NCBI GenBank assembly: GCA_963709405.1
Contig: CAVPXM010000030.1
Coordinates: 64,001 to 128,000, forward strand
DNA from: an uncultured Nitrososphaerales archaeon
Lineage (GTDB): Archaea; Thermoproteota; Nitrososphaeria; Nitrososphaerales; Nitrososphaeraceae
DNA: 64,000 nucleotides
Reading direction: 5' to 3'
This document shows, piece by piece, positions 21,798-32,707 of this stretch (its first letter is position 1; every line of letters begins with the position of its first letter). Under the pieces are notes generated by a model. It worked only from the letters and a program-made list of their open reading frames with translations. It searched no databases and had not been told where the DNA came from. The translations under genes were made by a program, and so were the position numbers.

Positions 21798-22619
21798 TCA
21801 ACAAAATTCTATCTTATACGACCCCAATACCTTAAAAAAGTTGGTTTTCTTTTCAATCAAGCATAATGCCTCATGAATGGTTCTATTACTTGAATGACCC
21901 TCAATGTCCACATAAAAATTGTATTCCCATGGCGTGTCTTTAGTCGGACGTGATTCTATTCGTGTAAGGTTAATGCGTCTTGTAGCAAATTCGCTCAAGA
22001 TATTAAATAATGCACCCGGTAGATGATTTATAGAAAAGATGATAGAAGTAGCATCATGGCCAGTAGGCTCAGTCTTGATCTGCGTTCTTGATAGCACAAA
22101 GAATCTTGTATAATTGTTTTTCTCATCTTCAATCCCATGATCAGCAATTTTCATACCGTATAATTTGGCTGCTCTTTCACTAGCTATAGCCGCTGCGTTC
22201 ACGATCTTGTTATCTTTAATTAACTTCACAGCTCCAGCCGTGTCGTATGTGGGGATGGACTCCAACCCCCTCCGTTGGATATATTTCCTACACTGTGCAA
22301 GGGCTTGAGGATGTGAGTATACCGATGTAATAGCCGAATCTGAATTCTGATTGACGATAAGACAATGGATTATCCGCTGGTGTATTTCTCCAAATACAAA
22401 AGCATTTGATCGTAACAATAAGTCGTACGCTTCATTTACACTCCCCTCTATGGAATTTTCGATAGGAATTATTGCGAAATCTATTTTGCCAGATTCGATA
22501 TTCCAAAATATGTCCTGAAACGTTTTCGTTGGTATCAGCTCTGCATCAGGAAAGTACTTCATTGTAGCAATTTCGCTATATGCGCCTTTCTCTCCTTGAA
22601 ACGCGACTTTTTGTTTCAT
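21798..22619 (-). CDS. pheA: prephenate dehydratase
   Basis: PIENSIEGSV, SHPQALAQC, NYTRF, ESRP ACT domain. Confidence 0.95.
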   Translation of the reverse strand: MKQKVAFQGEKGAYSEIATMKYFPDAELIPTKTFQDIFWNIESGKIDFAIIPIENSIEGSVNEAYDLLLRSNAFVFGEIHQRIIHCLIVNQNSDSAITSVYSHPQALAQCRKYIQRRGLESIPTYDTAGAVKLIKDNKIVNAAAIASERAAKLYGMKIADHGIEDEKNNYTRFFVLSRTQIKTEPTGHDATSIIFSINHLPGALFNILSEFATRRINLTRIESRPTKDTPWEYNFYVDIEGHSSNRTIHEALCLIEKKTNFFKVLGSYKIEFC

Positions 22620-22625
22620 CTGAGC

Positions 22626-23237
22626 TTACTTTGCGCTTCTTTTGTGAATTAATCGAATCGTTTCCTTACCGTAATCGTTAGTTAATTTACGCTCTTCTTG
22701 TGCTCCACATTCGATGCATTTTATGGCATTATTTATCCGAACAGTATCTCCGCCACAGTTAAAACACAATGTGTATATAACCCCATACTCTTTTTCGTCG
22801 ATTGTAATATGAATAGTTGAATTAAGCAAACTAATAACTCGTCCTCTTATAATATCACCAACCCTGAAAATGACCCTACTCTTTCGTTCTCCACGGCTCC
22901 ATCCGCTACCACTCAAAGCAACCCTTGTGGATGCGATCGCGGAGAATCCCGAAATTGATTTCTTTTCATTTAAATAAAGAATTCTTACCGACATCATACT
23001 ACCAAAAAGCATCTCTATATAACCAACCACTGTATCTCCAATCTTAGCCAACATCGGAGAATTTTTTTGTTTAATTTTGACTATGTGCCTTTTGAGATCA
23101 TACATAGGTAACCCGACGGTCGCGGATCTAATATTTCCATCAAGAACATAAGTATTCTTTCCTCCTTCAAATTCTTCGATCAATGCAACATATTCGCCAG
23201 GAACAATAACAGTCGTAGGTTCATTTCCTTTGCCCAT
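22626..23237 (-). CDS. csl4: exosome RNA-binding protein Csl4
   Basis: VPGE..EEF..G.NTY, S1 domain, C-terminal CxxC..CxxC..ERK. Confidence 0.9.
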   Translation of the reverse strand: MGKGNEPTTVIVPGEYVALIEEFEGGKNTYVLDGNIRSATVGLPMYDLKRHIVKIKQKNSPMLAKIGDTVVGYIEMLFGSMMSVRILYLNEKKSISGFSAIASTRVALSGSGWSRGERKSRVIFRVGDIIRGRVISLLNSTIHITIDEKEYGVIYTLCFNCGGDTVRINNAIKCIECGAQEERKLTNDYGKETIRLIHKRSAK

Positions 23238-23655
23238 ATATAGAAGTTAATTTGCATGAAAGTTATAATTGTTACACCATCTTCAAGCTTAGTTTCTTAA
23301 CGGTTTCATGTAGTCATAATTTATTTTGAACATGAAGACAAAAGTGTCTAACCACACTAGATGAAGATGAAGAATTGTATTGACACTAATGTGCAAGTCA
23401 TCTTGTTCAACTAGTTACTATTAATCTTACGGCATAATCATGCTAATGTTTGATTTAACATAATTATCAGATCTGATCCATACCAAACTTATGGTAACAC
23501 TGGTTGCATTTGAATTTTTCTCTACCCGCGATACCTGAAACCACCTCAAGCTGACTCTTAGTTCTGCAATTTGGACATTTTCCATATATCGTTCTCCTAG
23601 CCAATAATATGTATTCAGCATATAACCTATTAATAACTTACATGCATTTTTAGAT

Positions 23656-24387
23656 ATGAAATTCGTAGACTGGTTTCCGTACTATCAGGATATTAGAAAA
23701 CAGTTTGGATATAGCACTGAGATGGATCAACATGCAGCCGACCTGTTGTCTAGATTAATCAGAAGAAAGGCTCTGGATACTAAAATACTGCGTAGGAAAA
23801 TTGAGGGAAAACGAATCTTAGTCATAGGAGCAGGGAAGAGTCTAGAGACTAACACGACCTTTTTAAAAAAAAATAAGAATTCAGTGAAGATTGTTGCCGA
23901 CGGCGCGGTTCAAGCCCTGATAGAGAGAAAAATCAAACCAGATATAGTGGTTACTGATTTGGATGGGAATCTATCATTTTTATTCAAGGCGGAGCGTATA
24001 GGAGCAATCATGGTGGTACACGCACATAGTGATAACGTCGATAAACTAAAGAAGATTATTCCAAAATTTAAACACGTTGTAGGTACGACTCAAGTCATGC
24101 CAGTCAAAAATGTCTATAATTTTGGAGGCTTTACTGATGGTGATCGGTGTGCATTCCTAGCAGAAGAATTTGGAGCAAAGGAGATTATCCTAGTGGGTAT
24201 GGATTTTGGTAAAGAGATCGGCATATATTCAAAAGGTTTCATAAAAGATCCCAAATTGAAAATGGAAAAAATGAGAGTTGCTAGAAGGCTACTCGAAATG
24301 TTATCGAAGAGATCCAGTTCAAAATTATTCGATACATCAAAGCGGCCCATCAAGGGTTATGCGCCTTTTATGGCCGAAGGCATTTGA
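23656..24387 (+). CDS. mptE: 6-hydroxymethyl-7,8-dihydropterin pyrophosphokinase (DUF115)
   Basis: ADGA, VVTDLDG, VHAHSDN, NFGGFTDGDR. Confidence 0.85.
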   Translation: MKFVDWFPYYQDIRKQFGYSTEMDQHAADLLSRLIRRKALDTKILRRKIEGKRILVIGAGKSLETNTTFLKKNKNSVKIVADGAVQALIERKIKPDIVVTDLDGNLSFLFKAERIGAIMVVHAHSDNVDKLKKIIPKFKHVVGTTQVMPVKNVYNFGGFTDGDRCAFLAEEFGAKEIILVGMDFGKEIGIYSKGFIKDPKLKMEKMRVARRLLEMLSKRSSSKLFDTSKRPIKGYAPFMAEGI

Positions 24388-24571
24388 TGTCCAAATTACT
24401 GCTAATTACTTAACAATATCAAGCATTCATTTTGAATGAATCTTACATCAATTAGAGAACCTCATTCCAAACTAGAAAATAAAGGTATGTAAAAGTAAGT
24501 TGTCATACATCTGACGATGAATTTCTATATGAAAAGCTATTATACCTTTTTATGTCACAGGTATTTATCAC

Positions 24572-25253
24572 ATGACTAACTACTCAGACGATGATATCAG
24601 ACAAGCGGCCGAAATTCGGGAATGGCTTGTAAAACAGCTAGCTGATAAACAGGAAGAAATTGAAAGATTACGTACTACACTTTTACTTATTGATAGTTTG
24701 TTGAAACAAGGTAGCTTTAAATCGAGCTTCTAACCTTGACACTTCAATTACATTACCCGCTTCAGCCAGCCAAGTAGGTCTTGCGCGACAGGATACGGCC
24801 ATACCGTTTAAGAACAGTGGAACGACGGATGATGCTAATTTCATCAGTAATTCCCCGAAAGTTACGGAGCGTATCAATAAAAAAGATACAGAAGCAAAAG
24901 AGATAAAACCCCTTATACGGTTCAAAGACAATCTGTTATTAGCAAATGCAGAAATATATCCAAGCTCAGTCGAAATTGTTCCTACAAGAGGAATTATTCT
25001 TAATGTCAATACTCCTCCCTTTAAATCGTTCTTTTTGAATAGGATTTTGGAAGGAATGAAAATGAAAGATGCAGAAAAAGCAAGCCAAGGGCAGATCAAA
25101 GAGTCTGAATTATTAAATTACGAGATCGATGAAGATGGTGAAGGTCTGATAAAAAGGATTAAAATAAGTAATTATCGAGAGAAAGAGAGATTGAACGAGA
25201 TATTTAACACATCAAGCTGGGTTTTTACTAGGATGATAGAAAAAAGTGGCTGA
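24572..25253 (+). CDS. hypothetical protein upstream of guaA, apparent frameshift near 24722
   Basis: MTNYSDDDIRQAAEIREWL...LKQGSFK continues in another frame to TPPFKSFFLNRIL...WVFTRMIEK, overlapping the guaA start. Confidence 0.65.
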
Positions 25254-26793
25254 TACCAATATCGATAAGATTGTAGTACTTGATTTTGGATCGCAGTACA
25301 GTCATCTTATATGCAGACGTATCCGTGAAGCAAATGTATATTGCGAGTTGTTACCCTACAATACGTCTGCTAAAATAGTTCATGAAATTAATCCAAAAGG
25401 TATAATTCTTTCTGGAGGGCCAGCGAGTATTTATGCAAAGGATTCTCCAATTCCAGATAAACAGATTTTTGAAATGGGAGTTCCAATTCTGGGCATATGT
25501 TATGGTCATCAACTAATAATAGATAAATTTGGAGGCAAAGTCAAGAGATCAGAATATAGAGAATACGGAAGCGCTGAATTGATTATCGATGATGCCTGTG
25601 ATCTGTTTGATGGCGTAGGTAATAAGATTAGGTGTTGGATGAGTCACGCTGATGCTGCTGAAGTGCTCCCAGATGGTTTTAAAGTCCTTGCACACACACA
25701 AAATTCGTCATCTGCTGCAGTTGTAAGTAAAGAGAAAAAAATCTATGGAATTCAATTTCACCCAGAGGTAGTTCATACTGAGAAAGGAATAGAAATCCTC
25801 AAGAACTTTTCCCATAAGATTAGTAGAGCTAGATCGGATTGGAGTATGGAAAATTTTATAGAAAGAACTATTCACGATATCAGAACTAAAGTTAGAAATG
25901 AAAAAGTGTTATGCGCTGTAAGCGGTGGAATAGACTCTACTACTGTAGCGGTATTGCTGCACAAAGCGTTAGGAAGCAATCTTCGATGTGTCTTTGTTAA
26001 CCACGGTTTATTGAGGGAAGATGAGCAAAATCAAGTTCCTAAGCTATTTAAAGACCATTTTGGAATAGAGATAATTTACGTTGATGCAGAACAAGAATTT
26101 TTGACAGAGTTGAAAGGAATTTCTGATCCAGAACAGAAACGTAAAATTATTGGTAAGGAATTCGCAAATTCATTCCTTCAGATTGCGTTAAGAGAAGGAC
26201 CATTTCAATGGCTTGCGCAAGGAACTTTATACCCAGACATAATTGAGAGCGGAATATCCAAGGGACCAGCTTCCTTAATAAAAACTCATCACAATGTTGG
26301 AGGTCTTCCGAAGGACCTTAAGTTTAAGATAATAGAGCCATTAAGTAGTCTCTACAAAGATGAGGTCAGAAGAGTCGCCAAATTGATTGGTGTACCTGAA
26401 ATATTGTTACATCGACATCCTTTCCCGGGGCCCGGTCTGGCTGTTAGGATAATTGGAGAGGTTACCTCCGAAAAGGTTAGGATAGCAAAACACGCTAGTA
26501 AAATAGTTGAAGACGAGTTAATGTCTGCTGGTTTCTATGATAAAGTGTGGCAAGCCTATGCTGCGGTAGGAGATGATATGGCAGTTGGAGTACTGGGGGA
26601 TGAGCGCATGTATGGCCATATTGTAATAGTCAGGGTTGTAGAATCAGCTGATGCAATGACAGCAAATTGGACCAGATTACCCTACGATCTGATTGGTAAC
26701 ATTAGCAATAGAATTACGAATGAGGTTGATGGCATCACATGGGTTACCTATGCAATATCATCCAAACCTCCGGCAACCATAGAACCACAATGA
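25246..26793 (+). CDS. guaA: GMP synthase (glutamine-hydrolysing)
   Basis: DFGSQY, GICYGHQ, QFHPEV, SGGIDS, IKTHHNVGG, KPPATIE. Confidence 0.97.
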   Translation: MADTNIDKIVVLDFGSQYSHLICRRIREANVYCELLPYNTSAKIVHEINPKGIILSGGPASIYAKDSPIPDKQIFEMGVPILGICYGHQLIIDKFGGKVKRSEYREYGSAELIIDDACDLFDGVGNKIRCWMSHADAAEVLPDGFKVLAHTQNSSSAAVVSKEKKIYGIQFHPEVVHTEKGIEILKNFSHKISRARSDWSMENFIERTIHDIRTKVRNEKVLCAVSGGIDSTTVAVLLHKALGSNLRCVFVNHGLLREDEQNQVPKLFKDHFGIEIIYVDAEQEFLTELKGISDPEQKRKIIGKEFANSFLQIALREGPFQWLAQGTLYPDIIESGISKGPASLIKTHHNVGGLPKDLKFKIIEPLSSLYKDEVRRVAKLIGVPEILLHRHPFPGPGLAVRIIGEVTSEKVRIAKHASKIVEDELMSAGFYDKVWQAYAAVGDDMAVGVLGDERMYGHIVIVRVVESADAMTANWTRLPYDLIGNISNRITNEVDGITWVTYAISSKPPATIEPQ

Positions 26794-27057
26794 GAATTAT
26801 TGTGGTTCAAAAGTAAAAGGTTGCATACTGCTTGACGTTCAGAATGGATCGCCAGAAACACTGCTCAATTGTAGATATATGAAACATTCTAGTCACTGCT
26901 ATTCTTTTGCACACGTGAACCATAGGAATAACTATCCGAAATGATCCGTGATTATTATCTTCTATTAACAGATTCTTTGTTAAGGCATCTATCTTCGATA
27001 AAACACTCACATTTGATATCGTAAAATTTATGATGTGCAAGGGTTATCTTATATAAT

Positions 27058-27267
27058 ATGGGCATCAATCTTATATTAATGAGCAACGAAAAACGAGAGG
27101 ATTTCCATGAAAATAATCTTCTAACACTCTCAAACATTAAATCCATAATAGAAGGATTAGACACATTGTTACTTACTGACCTCGATGGTGAGAAACGTGT
27201 GAGAGTGATAAAGCTCAGGGACGAATTAGTTTCATATATAAGTAGTATATTTAATGACTACTCTTGA
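27058..27267 (+). CDS. small hypothetical protein
   Basis: ORF only. Confidence 0.35.
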   Translation: MGINLILMSNEKREDFHENNLLTLSNIKSIIEGLDTLLLTDLDGEKRVRVIKLRDELVSYISSIFNDYS

Positions 27268-27449
27268 AATTTCGTTAGCGCGAAATCTAGAGGGGAATAA
27301 CTTGATCGATCACCTGCCTAAATTATCATTCTCAATTTGTGATCGGACTCTTTTGACAGTAACACCAATATTATTTGTATCGATCAATAATTAGCATATT
27401 CTTGTATATACTCACAAAAATATGTCACAAATATAGATTGAATTTCAAC

Positions 27450-27523
27450 AGAACATATGTTCCATACAGATCTTGATTTCTTTGAGTTATGCGCTTGTTG
27501 TTAATTCTTGAAAGCTTAATTAT
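27450..27523 (+). promoter_or_regulatory. glnA upstream region: palindrome AGAACATATGTTCC (27450-27463) and BRE/TATA-like GAAAGCTTAATTAT (27510-27523)
   Basis: Seen in sequence; TATA-like element about 35 nt before the start codon. Confidence 0.45.
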
Positions 27524-27555
27524 GAGTACAAATCTCCTATCATAAGATATCGAAG

Positions 27556-29022
27556 TTGCCATATAGAGTCGATAACGGTAAGATAGAACGATTAAGTTTC
27601 ACTTCGGCAGAGGTAATGCAGAAGCTTAAAGACGATAAAATCAAGTTTTTGGACTTGCAGTTCACGGGACTTACTGGTAGATTCCACCATACTACCATGG
27701 CAGCTAACATGTTCCAACAAGAAGACTTCGAATTTGGACTCCCGAAACTTGACGGCTCATCGATCCGAGGATTTACCGAAATTCATGAATCCGATCTAAT
27801 TATCAAACCAGATCCATCAACATATGCCGTGATTCCATGGATCGAAAAAGATTATACCGCAAGGTTGATCTGTGATATCTTAAGTGGGGGATCCGAAAGG
27901 CTCGCATTTAGCCGAGATCCAAGATCAATCGCTATGCGTGCAGAAAAATACGTCAGTGGCCAAGGTTATCACTCTTCAAATTGGGGACCAGAAATAGAAT
28001 TTTTTGTCTTTGATAAGCTAGAAGTGAATACTATGACTCCGTATCATAGTCAGAGTTATAATATAGTTTCGAGAGAAGCACCATGGTCTACTGAAGGTGG
28101 AGGGTATGCATTAAGGCTGAAGGAAGGATATCTTCCAAGTGCTCCAGGTGATACTTTGATGGAATATCGCAATGAGTGCGTTGATATTTTAAGTAACAAT
28201 TTCGGGATTATCTGTGACGCGCATCATCATGAAGTTGCAACAGCGGGGCAGTGCGAAATCGATATTAGATATGACACACTTACTAATGCTGCGGATGCAG
28301 TACAGAGCTATAAATATATCGTGAAAAATATCGCTAAGAAGCATAATATGATAGCTACCATGATGCCGAAGCCAATCGCACTTGACAATGGCTCAGGAAT
28401 GCATGTCAATGTAAGCCTATGGAATAATGGAACAAACCTCTTTTTTGATGCAGATGATGGGTATGCGGAAATGTCTGAAACAGCACATTATTTTGGAGGC
28501 GGAATACTTGATCATGCCTATGCTCTTGCAGCCATAGTTGCTCCGACTACAAATTCTTATAGAAGACTTGTTCCAGGATACGAGGCTCCAGTGTACATAG
28601 CATGGAGTACTGGTAATAGATCTGCGATAATTAGGATCCCAGCACACTTCAAGGGTGAAAAGTTTTCTAAGATGAAACGAATTGAATTCAGAGCTCCGGA
28701 TCCATCATGCAACCCGTATTTGGCGTTCTCTGCAATAGTTGCGGCCGGATTAGATGGTATTCGGAAGAAGACTTCGATAGGCTCACCAGTGGATGAAGAT
28801 ATCTTCAAGATGACCCCGAAAAAGAGAAGAGAATTTGGAATCAAGCAACTACCTGCGAGTCTGAGAGATGCCTATGAAGAATTAGAAAACGACAGAACGT
28901 TCCTGAAGCCTATCTTTGGCGATGATACGATCGATATGTTAATCGAGAATGAAGTTAAAGATCATAATGAAGTGGCTGTTAGACCACATCCACATGAATT
29001 TTCTATGTATGCCGACGTTTAG
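27556..29022 (+). CDS. glnA: glutamine synthetase type I
   Basis: DGSSI.GF..I.ESD, HHHEVATAGQCEI, NGSGMH, YRRLVPGYEAP, IEFRAPD. Confidence 0.97.
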   Translation: MPYRVDNGKIERLSFTSAEVMQKLKDDKIKFLDLQFTGLTGRFHHTTMAANMFQQEDFEFGLPKLDGSSIRGFTEIHESDLIIKPDPSTYAVIPWIEKDYTARLICDILSGGSERLAFSRDPRSIAMRAEKYVSGQGYHSSNWGPEIEFFVFDKLEVNTMTPYHSQSYNIVSREAPWSTEGGGYALRLKEGYLPSAPGDTLMEYRNECVDILSNNFGIICDAHHHEVATAGQCEIDIRYDTLTNAADAVQSYKYIVKNIAKKHNMIATMMPKPIALDNGSGMHVNVSLWNNGTNLFFDADDGYAEMSETAHYFGGGILDHAYALAAIVAPTTNSYRRLVPGYEAPVYIAWSTGNRSAIIRIPAHFKGEKFSKMKRIEFRAPDPSCNPYLAFSAIVAAGLDGIRKKTSIGSPVDEDIFKMTPKKRREFGIKQLPASLRDAYEELENDRTFLKPIFGDDTIDMLIENEVKDHNEVAVRPHPHEFSMYADV

Positions 29023-29552
29023 TGCGGGGTTCTCGGGTCTGGTGACCCTTCCATTTGCTCGACCACTTTTCAGAGTATTTGAAAATTTGTTTATTGGTTA
29101 GAGTCCTTTCAGTATATCCCACTCTACTCGTAATGACATGAACGTATTGTAGCTAAGTATATCCTAGAAAAAGAAATCGCGTACATAAATGTGGTAATGT
29201 CGATTCCCGAATGTCTGCTATACGTGCGACGTTTGTGGGACTGCATTTTACAGTAGTGCACTGACGCATACAGTGCTATGATGGGTCATTGAAGTTGTGA
29301 GAAAAGGATAGCTAAAGACGTGAGTAAATATTATGTATGTAGGACTTGTAAAGGCGCATTTTTTTGAACTATAACTCGTTAATGAGCATAGAACTACGAC
29401 CGCTTATCCAGAATTTGAAAGGCAAAGTCATTAATAGAAACAGACACGGCCTAACGAAAGTGTATTCAAAGTAACCACGTAGCAGGACAAGAGATCGAAG
29501 CCATGAAAAAGAAATTGTGAGAATCGTATAATGAGTCTATCATACTACAATA

Positions 29553-29588
29553 CTAAAATACCTAGCTAAAATACCTAGCTAAAATACC
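29553..29588. repeat. 13-bp tandem repeat CTAAAATACCTAG, about 2.8 copies
   Basis: Read directly. Confidence 0.85.
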
Positions 29589-29702
29589 CAGGATAGAATA
29601 GGGGATTAATATAGATAGTAGGTCTTACAGATAACACTCGCGCTTACAGTAAGGTACAGGTAAACCCCAATGCTTAAATAAAAATATCGATTCTCGCTTG
29701 TC

Positions 29703-30119
29703 ATGAATAAACAAGTTTCAAATCAGCGAAACGACTATTTCAGAGATGCGTGTAAAGCTGATGAAGTACCTGAGGGTAGTATGAAACATGTAGAAGTTGA
29801 CGGAAGGGAAATCTTGATTGCCAAGGTTGACGGGAAATTCTACGCTATCGCTGATAGGTGTGGGCATATGAACGCTTTACTTTCAATGGGCTACTTGGAC
29901 GCTGCTAAAAACAAGGTCACATGCGGATTTCATGGGGCTCAGTTTGATATAACAACTGGGCAAAAATTGAAGGAACCCAGATTGACGCCTCCGGAAGGGA
30001 TGGATCCACTCCCAGAGAAATTGTCTGAGTTTGTGTACAAAATGATGAACCCTATCAGAACCTACGATCAAGAGAGGTATGAGGTAAAAGTTGAGGACAA
30101 TATGGTCAAGGTAAAGTGA
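29703..30119 (+). CDS. Rieske [2Fe-2S] ferredoxin
   Basis: CGHM and CGFHG ligand motifs. Confidence 0.9.
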   Translation: MNKQVSNQRNDYFRDACKADEVPEGSMKHVEVDGREILIAKVDGKFYAIADRCGHMNALLSMGYLDAAKNKVTCGFHGAQFDITTGQKLKEPRLTPPEGMDPLPEKLSEFVYKMMNPIRTYDQERYEVKVEDNMVKVK

Positions 30120-30126
30120 AAGTGTA

Positions 30127-30225
30127 TATGTCTTCGGATATAACACAAGAAGCTCATTGATTTCAAAGAAGCTCGTAGTCGCTGACTTTTGGGCTCCATG
30201 GTGTCCGTATTGTATGAGATTGAAA
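30127..30225 (+). pseudogene. thioredoxin N-terminal fragment
   Basis: VVADFWAPWCPYC, then an abrupt switch to unrelated sequence. Confidence 0.7.
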
Positions 30226-30509
30226 TTACAGTTTTACTGTAATAAAATATTAACCGTTATGCCAAGACTAGGGGCTATCGAAAAAGAAGAGGTGAAAAGC
30301 ACTATTCTTGTTTGCAGGGCAAGGGGTTATAATTATAAACAAATTCTGTCTGTGGTAAATGATAGCTTAAGAAAGTATAACAACAGTGTCTCAGAAAAAA
30401 GCCATATTCAATATTCTGGCAAAGACAAAGAAAGATGCTCAGGAATGGCTGAAAAATCTTTCAGTAGGTAAAGATGATTACATCGATGAATATAGACACA
30501 GGATAATGG

Positions 30510-30665
30510 AGTTAAACTTCTGTTGATATCTTTGTCTATTCATAAACTTGTACAACTCTCGTCTAGTGAGCATGTACCATATTACAACTAGGATTTCCTT
30601 TGCTGTAGCGACAATAGCTTTAGGATGTCCTTTTCTAATCTTTAGTCTTTCATAGAATGTTCTGA
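30510..30665 (-). pseudogene. IS110-family transposase C-terminal fragment
   Basis: Minus strand reads RTFYERLKIRKGHPKAIVATAKEILVVIWYMLTRRELY. Confidence 0.65.
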
Positions 30666-30777
30666 CTAAAGTTAGAAGTTAGTTATTAGTTATTAGAATC
30701 GGAACATCTCGAAGGCTATCAGAATAAACCAGAAATACTAATACCCTCATCCACACATGGATGATCATACGTTTTTG

Positions 30778-30978
30778 CTATTCTTTTTTTCTCGACTTGC
30801 CAAAATAAATCATTAACCCCAAACAAATAAAGCCAATGAACTCTGGGATTATAAACAACTTAAATCTATCGTAAGGCGAGGCACCATAATCCACTAAACT
30901 AGCGATAGGACCACCAACTAGCCCACCAAATAATCCTACCATTATTGCGATAGTTATTATTCGCTCTTTTTTCTCCAT
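30778..30978 (-). CDS. small two-TM membrane protein
   Basis: Two hydrophobic segments. Confidence 0.55.
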   Translation of the reverse strand: MEKKERIITIAIMVGLFGGLVGGPIASLVDYGASPYDRFKLFIIPEFIGFICLGLMIYFGKSRKKE

Positions 30979-31164
30979 AGGTTCTTGTAATTAAGAAGCT
31001 TATTACGCAAGTATACTTTTGCCTTTACGATTGTACTGAGTTACACTTTTCTGTTCTTTGAATAATAGTTAAGTTAGTAACAATTAATGAGGTTAACGGG
31101 ATCGGCTTACGACTCCATTCGAAGGTAAACAGGTACACAGCCATATCCACAGGAGTATGAGTAC

Positions 31165-31217
31165 CAAAATATACTACATGCAAAATATACTACATGCAAA
31201 ATATACTACATGCAAAA
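31165..31217. repeat. 16-bp tandem repeat CAAAATATACTACATG, 3.3 copies
   Basis: Read directly; perfect copies. Confidence 0.9.
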
Positions 31218-31240
31218 CAATATTCAGTCCGCAGTGATTC

Positions 31241-31630
31241 TCATTGGGTAATAAACGAATAGCTATTAGTAAGGCTATCTCTACATTCCAAAGTTCCATC
31301 GTTAAGGATGATGCAATTTTCAGGCACTACTCTCATACTTGTGGGATTGCCCTTCATAAATTGCATAGCTTGTGATTGATTCATAACACCCATGTTCTTC
31401 ATTCCCATCACTGAAATCTGCATTCGTGCCATATTCATTTGTTCCAACGCTGCGCTGGCATTACCTGCTGACATAGCCTTATCTGCAGCCTTTAAATGCA
31501 TTCTCACAGATTGCATCATAACTGATGACATATTCGTATTTGCATTCTTCGAGCCATTCGACTGAGCTATCACTGGTGTCATTATTGCAGGCAAAATGCT
31601 AGCCCCAAGAAGAAACTGGACCGGACCCAT
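31241..31630 (-). CDS. Met-rich putative secreted protein (N-terminus may be truncated)
   Basis: Signal-like N-terminus, many Met residues, C-terminal Cys pair. Confidence 0.55.
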   Translation of the reverse strand: MGPVQFLLGASILPAIMTPVIAQSNGSKNANTNMSSVMMQSVRMHLKAADKAMSAGNASAALEQMNMARMQISVMGMKNMGVMNQSQAMQFMKGNPTSMRVVPENCIILNDGTLECRDSLTNSYSFITQ

Positions 31631-32106
31631 CCAGAGCAGATACTACTTCATTTAAGCCTTTACCGGAACTTCTCAATACCAGAAGTACTTGATGTTTGTC
31701 TCCTCCAGCTGTTGAACCTCCACCACGCAGACTTGTGAATGAATATTGGTTGTCAATTCCAAAAGCCTGGATTCTTTAATTCAGAAATAGCTTTGCCAAG
31801 TTGATTTGCTGGGACCATAAGTGTGGTGATGGTATCTGCATTTTTGGTTGTTACGGCAGCTGATAGCGTTGATGATGATGAGGATGTTTTAGCAGTAGTA
31901 CCATTAAAAGGAGTGCTCAGTGGCTGTGACACCTTGAAGATACCATTATGTACATTCATTTTTTGTTCCGCCGCATAAGGGAACGGAGATAGAAAACTGC
32001 CTATTTATGCACAATAACAGATGATAAAAGCATTACCTAATCATGCAATGCATTCATCAAGTTTTTAAGCTATTAGATGACTGCCAAAGACAAGGGAATA
32101 CTCAAC

Positions 32107-32451
32107 ATGAAAAAATTTGAGATAATAATACCACATAGAAGATTAGATGATGTTAGTCAAATACTCAAAGGTATCAATGTCGGCGGAATGAGCCATTACG
32201 AAATTGAAGGGAGGGGAAAGGTTAAGGCAGAACCTGTTGCAATAGGGAGAGGTACGTGTCATAGGTACACTCCGGAGTTTATTCCTAGAGTTAAAGTTGA
32301 GGTTATTGTTAGAGATGATCAAGTGGAAGGATTGATTAACGAATTAACCGGAAAATTAGGCGGCGATATTCGGGGAGGAAAGATATTTGTAACAGATGTG
32401 CAAATTGCAGTAGATTTATCCTCTAAGCAACGTGGAGAATCTGCAATCTAA
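32107..32451 (+). CDS. P-II family nitrogen regulatory protein
   Basis: MKKFEIII..L..V..L, GRG, FIPRVKVEVIV.D, GKIFV, RGESAI. Confidence 0.92.
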   Translation: MKKFEIIIPHRRLDDVSQILKGINVGGMSHYEIEGRGKVKAEPVAIGRGTCHRYTPEFIPRVKVEVIVRDDQVEGLINELTGKLGGDIRGGKIFVTDVQIAVDLSSKQRGESAI

Positions 32452-32707
32452 CTTTTACCGCAGGTAATCTAACCCTTGACAGTTTGATTAAAAAATATAG
32501 GAAGCAAATATGAGCTAATGTTCTCCTTCACCTACTATCTCTTGCCTTGTTTTAATTCCGTTCTCGAATCCAGGACCAGAACCACTATAGAGCAGATACA
32601 TGGGACTTTCGTTTCTAAGAAGATCTATTGCATTATAGTAATCGTCGTCGTATTCGTTACCGTTACCACTAGAACCGATGTAGTTGTCTAATTTCTTGAA
32701 CAGATCT

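Noticed and set aside
24683-25099. Minus-strand 138-aa ORF and similar antisense ORFs inside nrdJ, glnA, amt, the rrp genes and the sulfatase
   Set aside because: These are shadows of well-supported genes on the opposite strand.
29035-29048. GGGTC-TGGT-GACCC hairpin after glnA as a terminator or regulatory RNA
   Set aside because: A 5-bp stem with no adjacent U-tract is insufficient evidence.
30157-30471. Novel thioredoxin fusion protein
   Set aside because: The thioredoxin fold breaks right after WCPYC; this looks like a deletion junction between two fragments.
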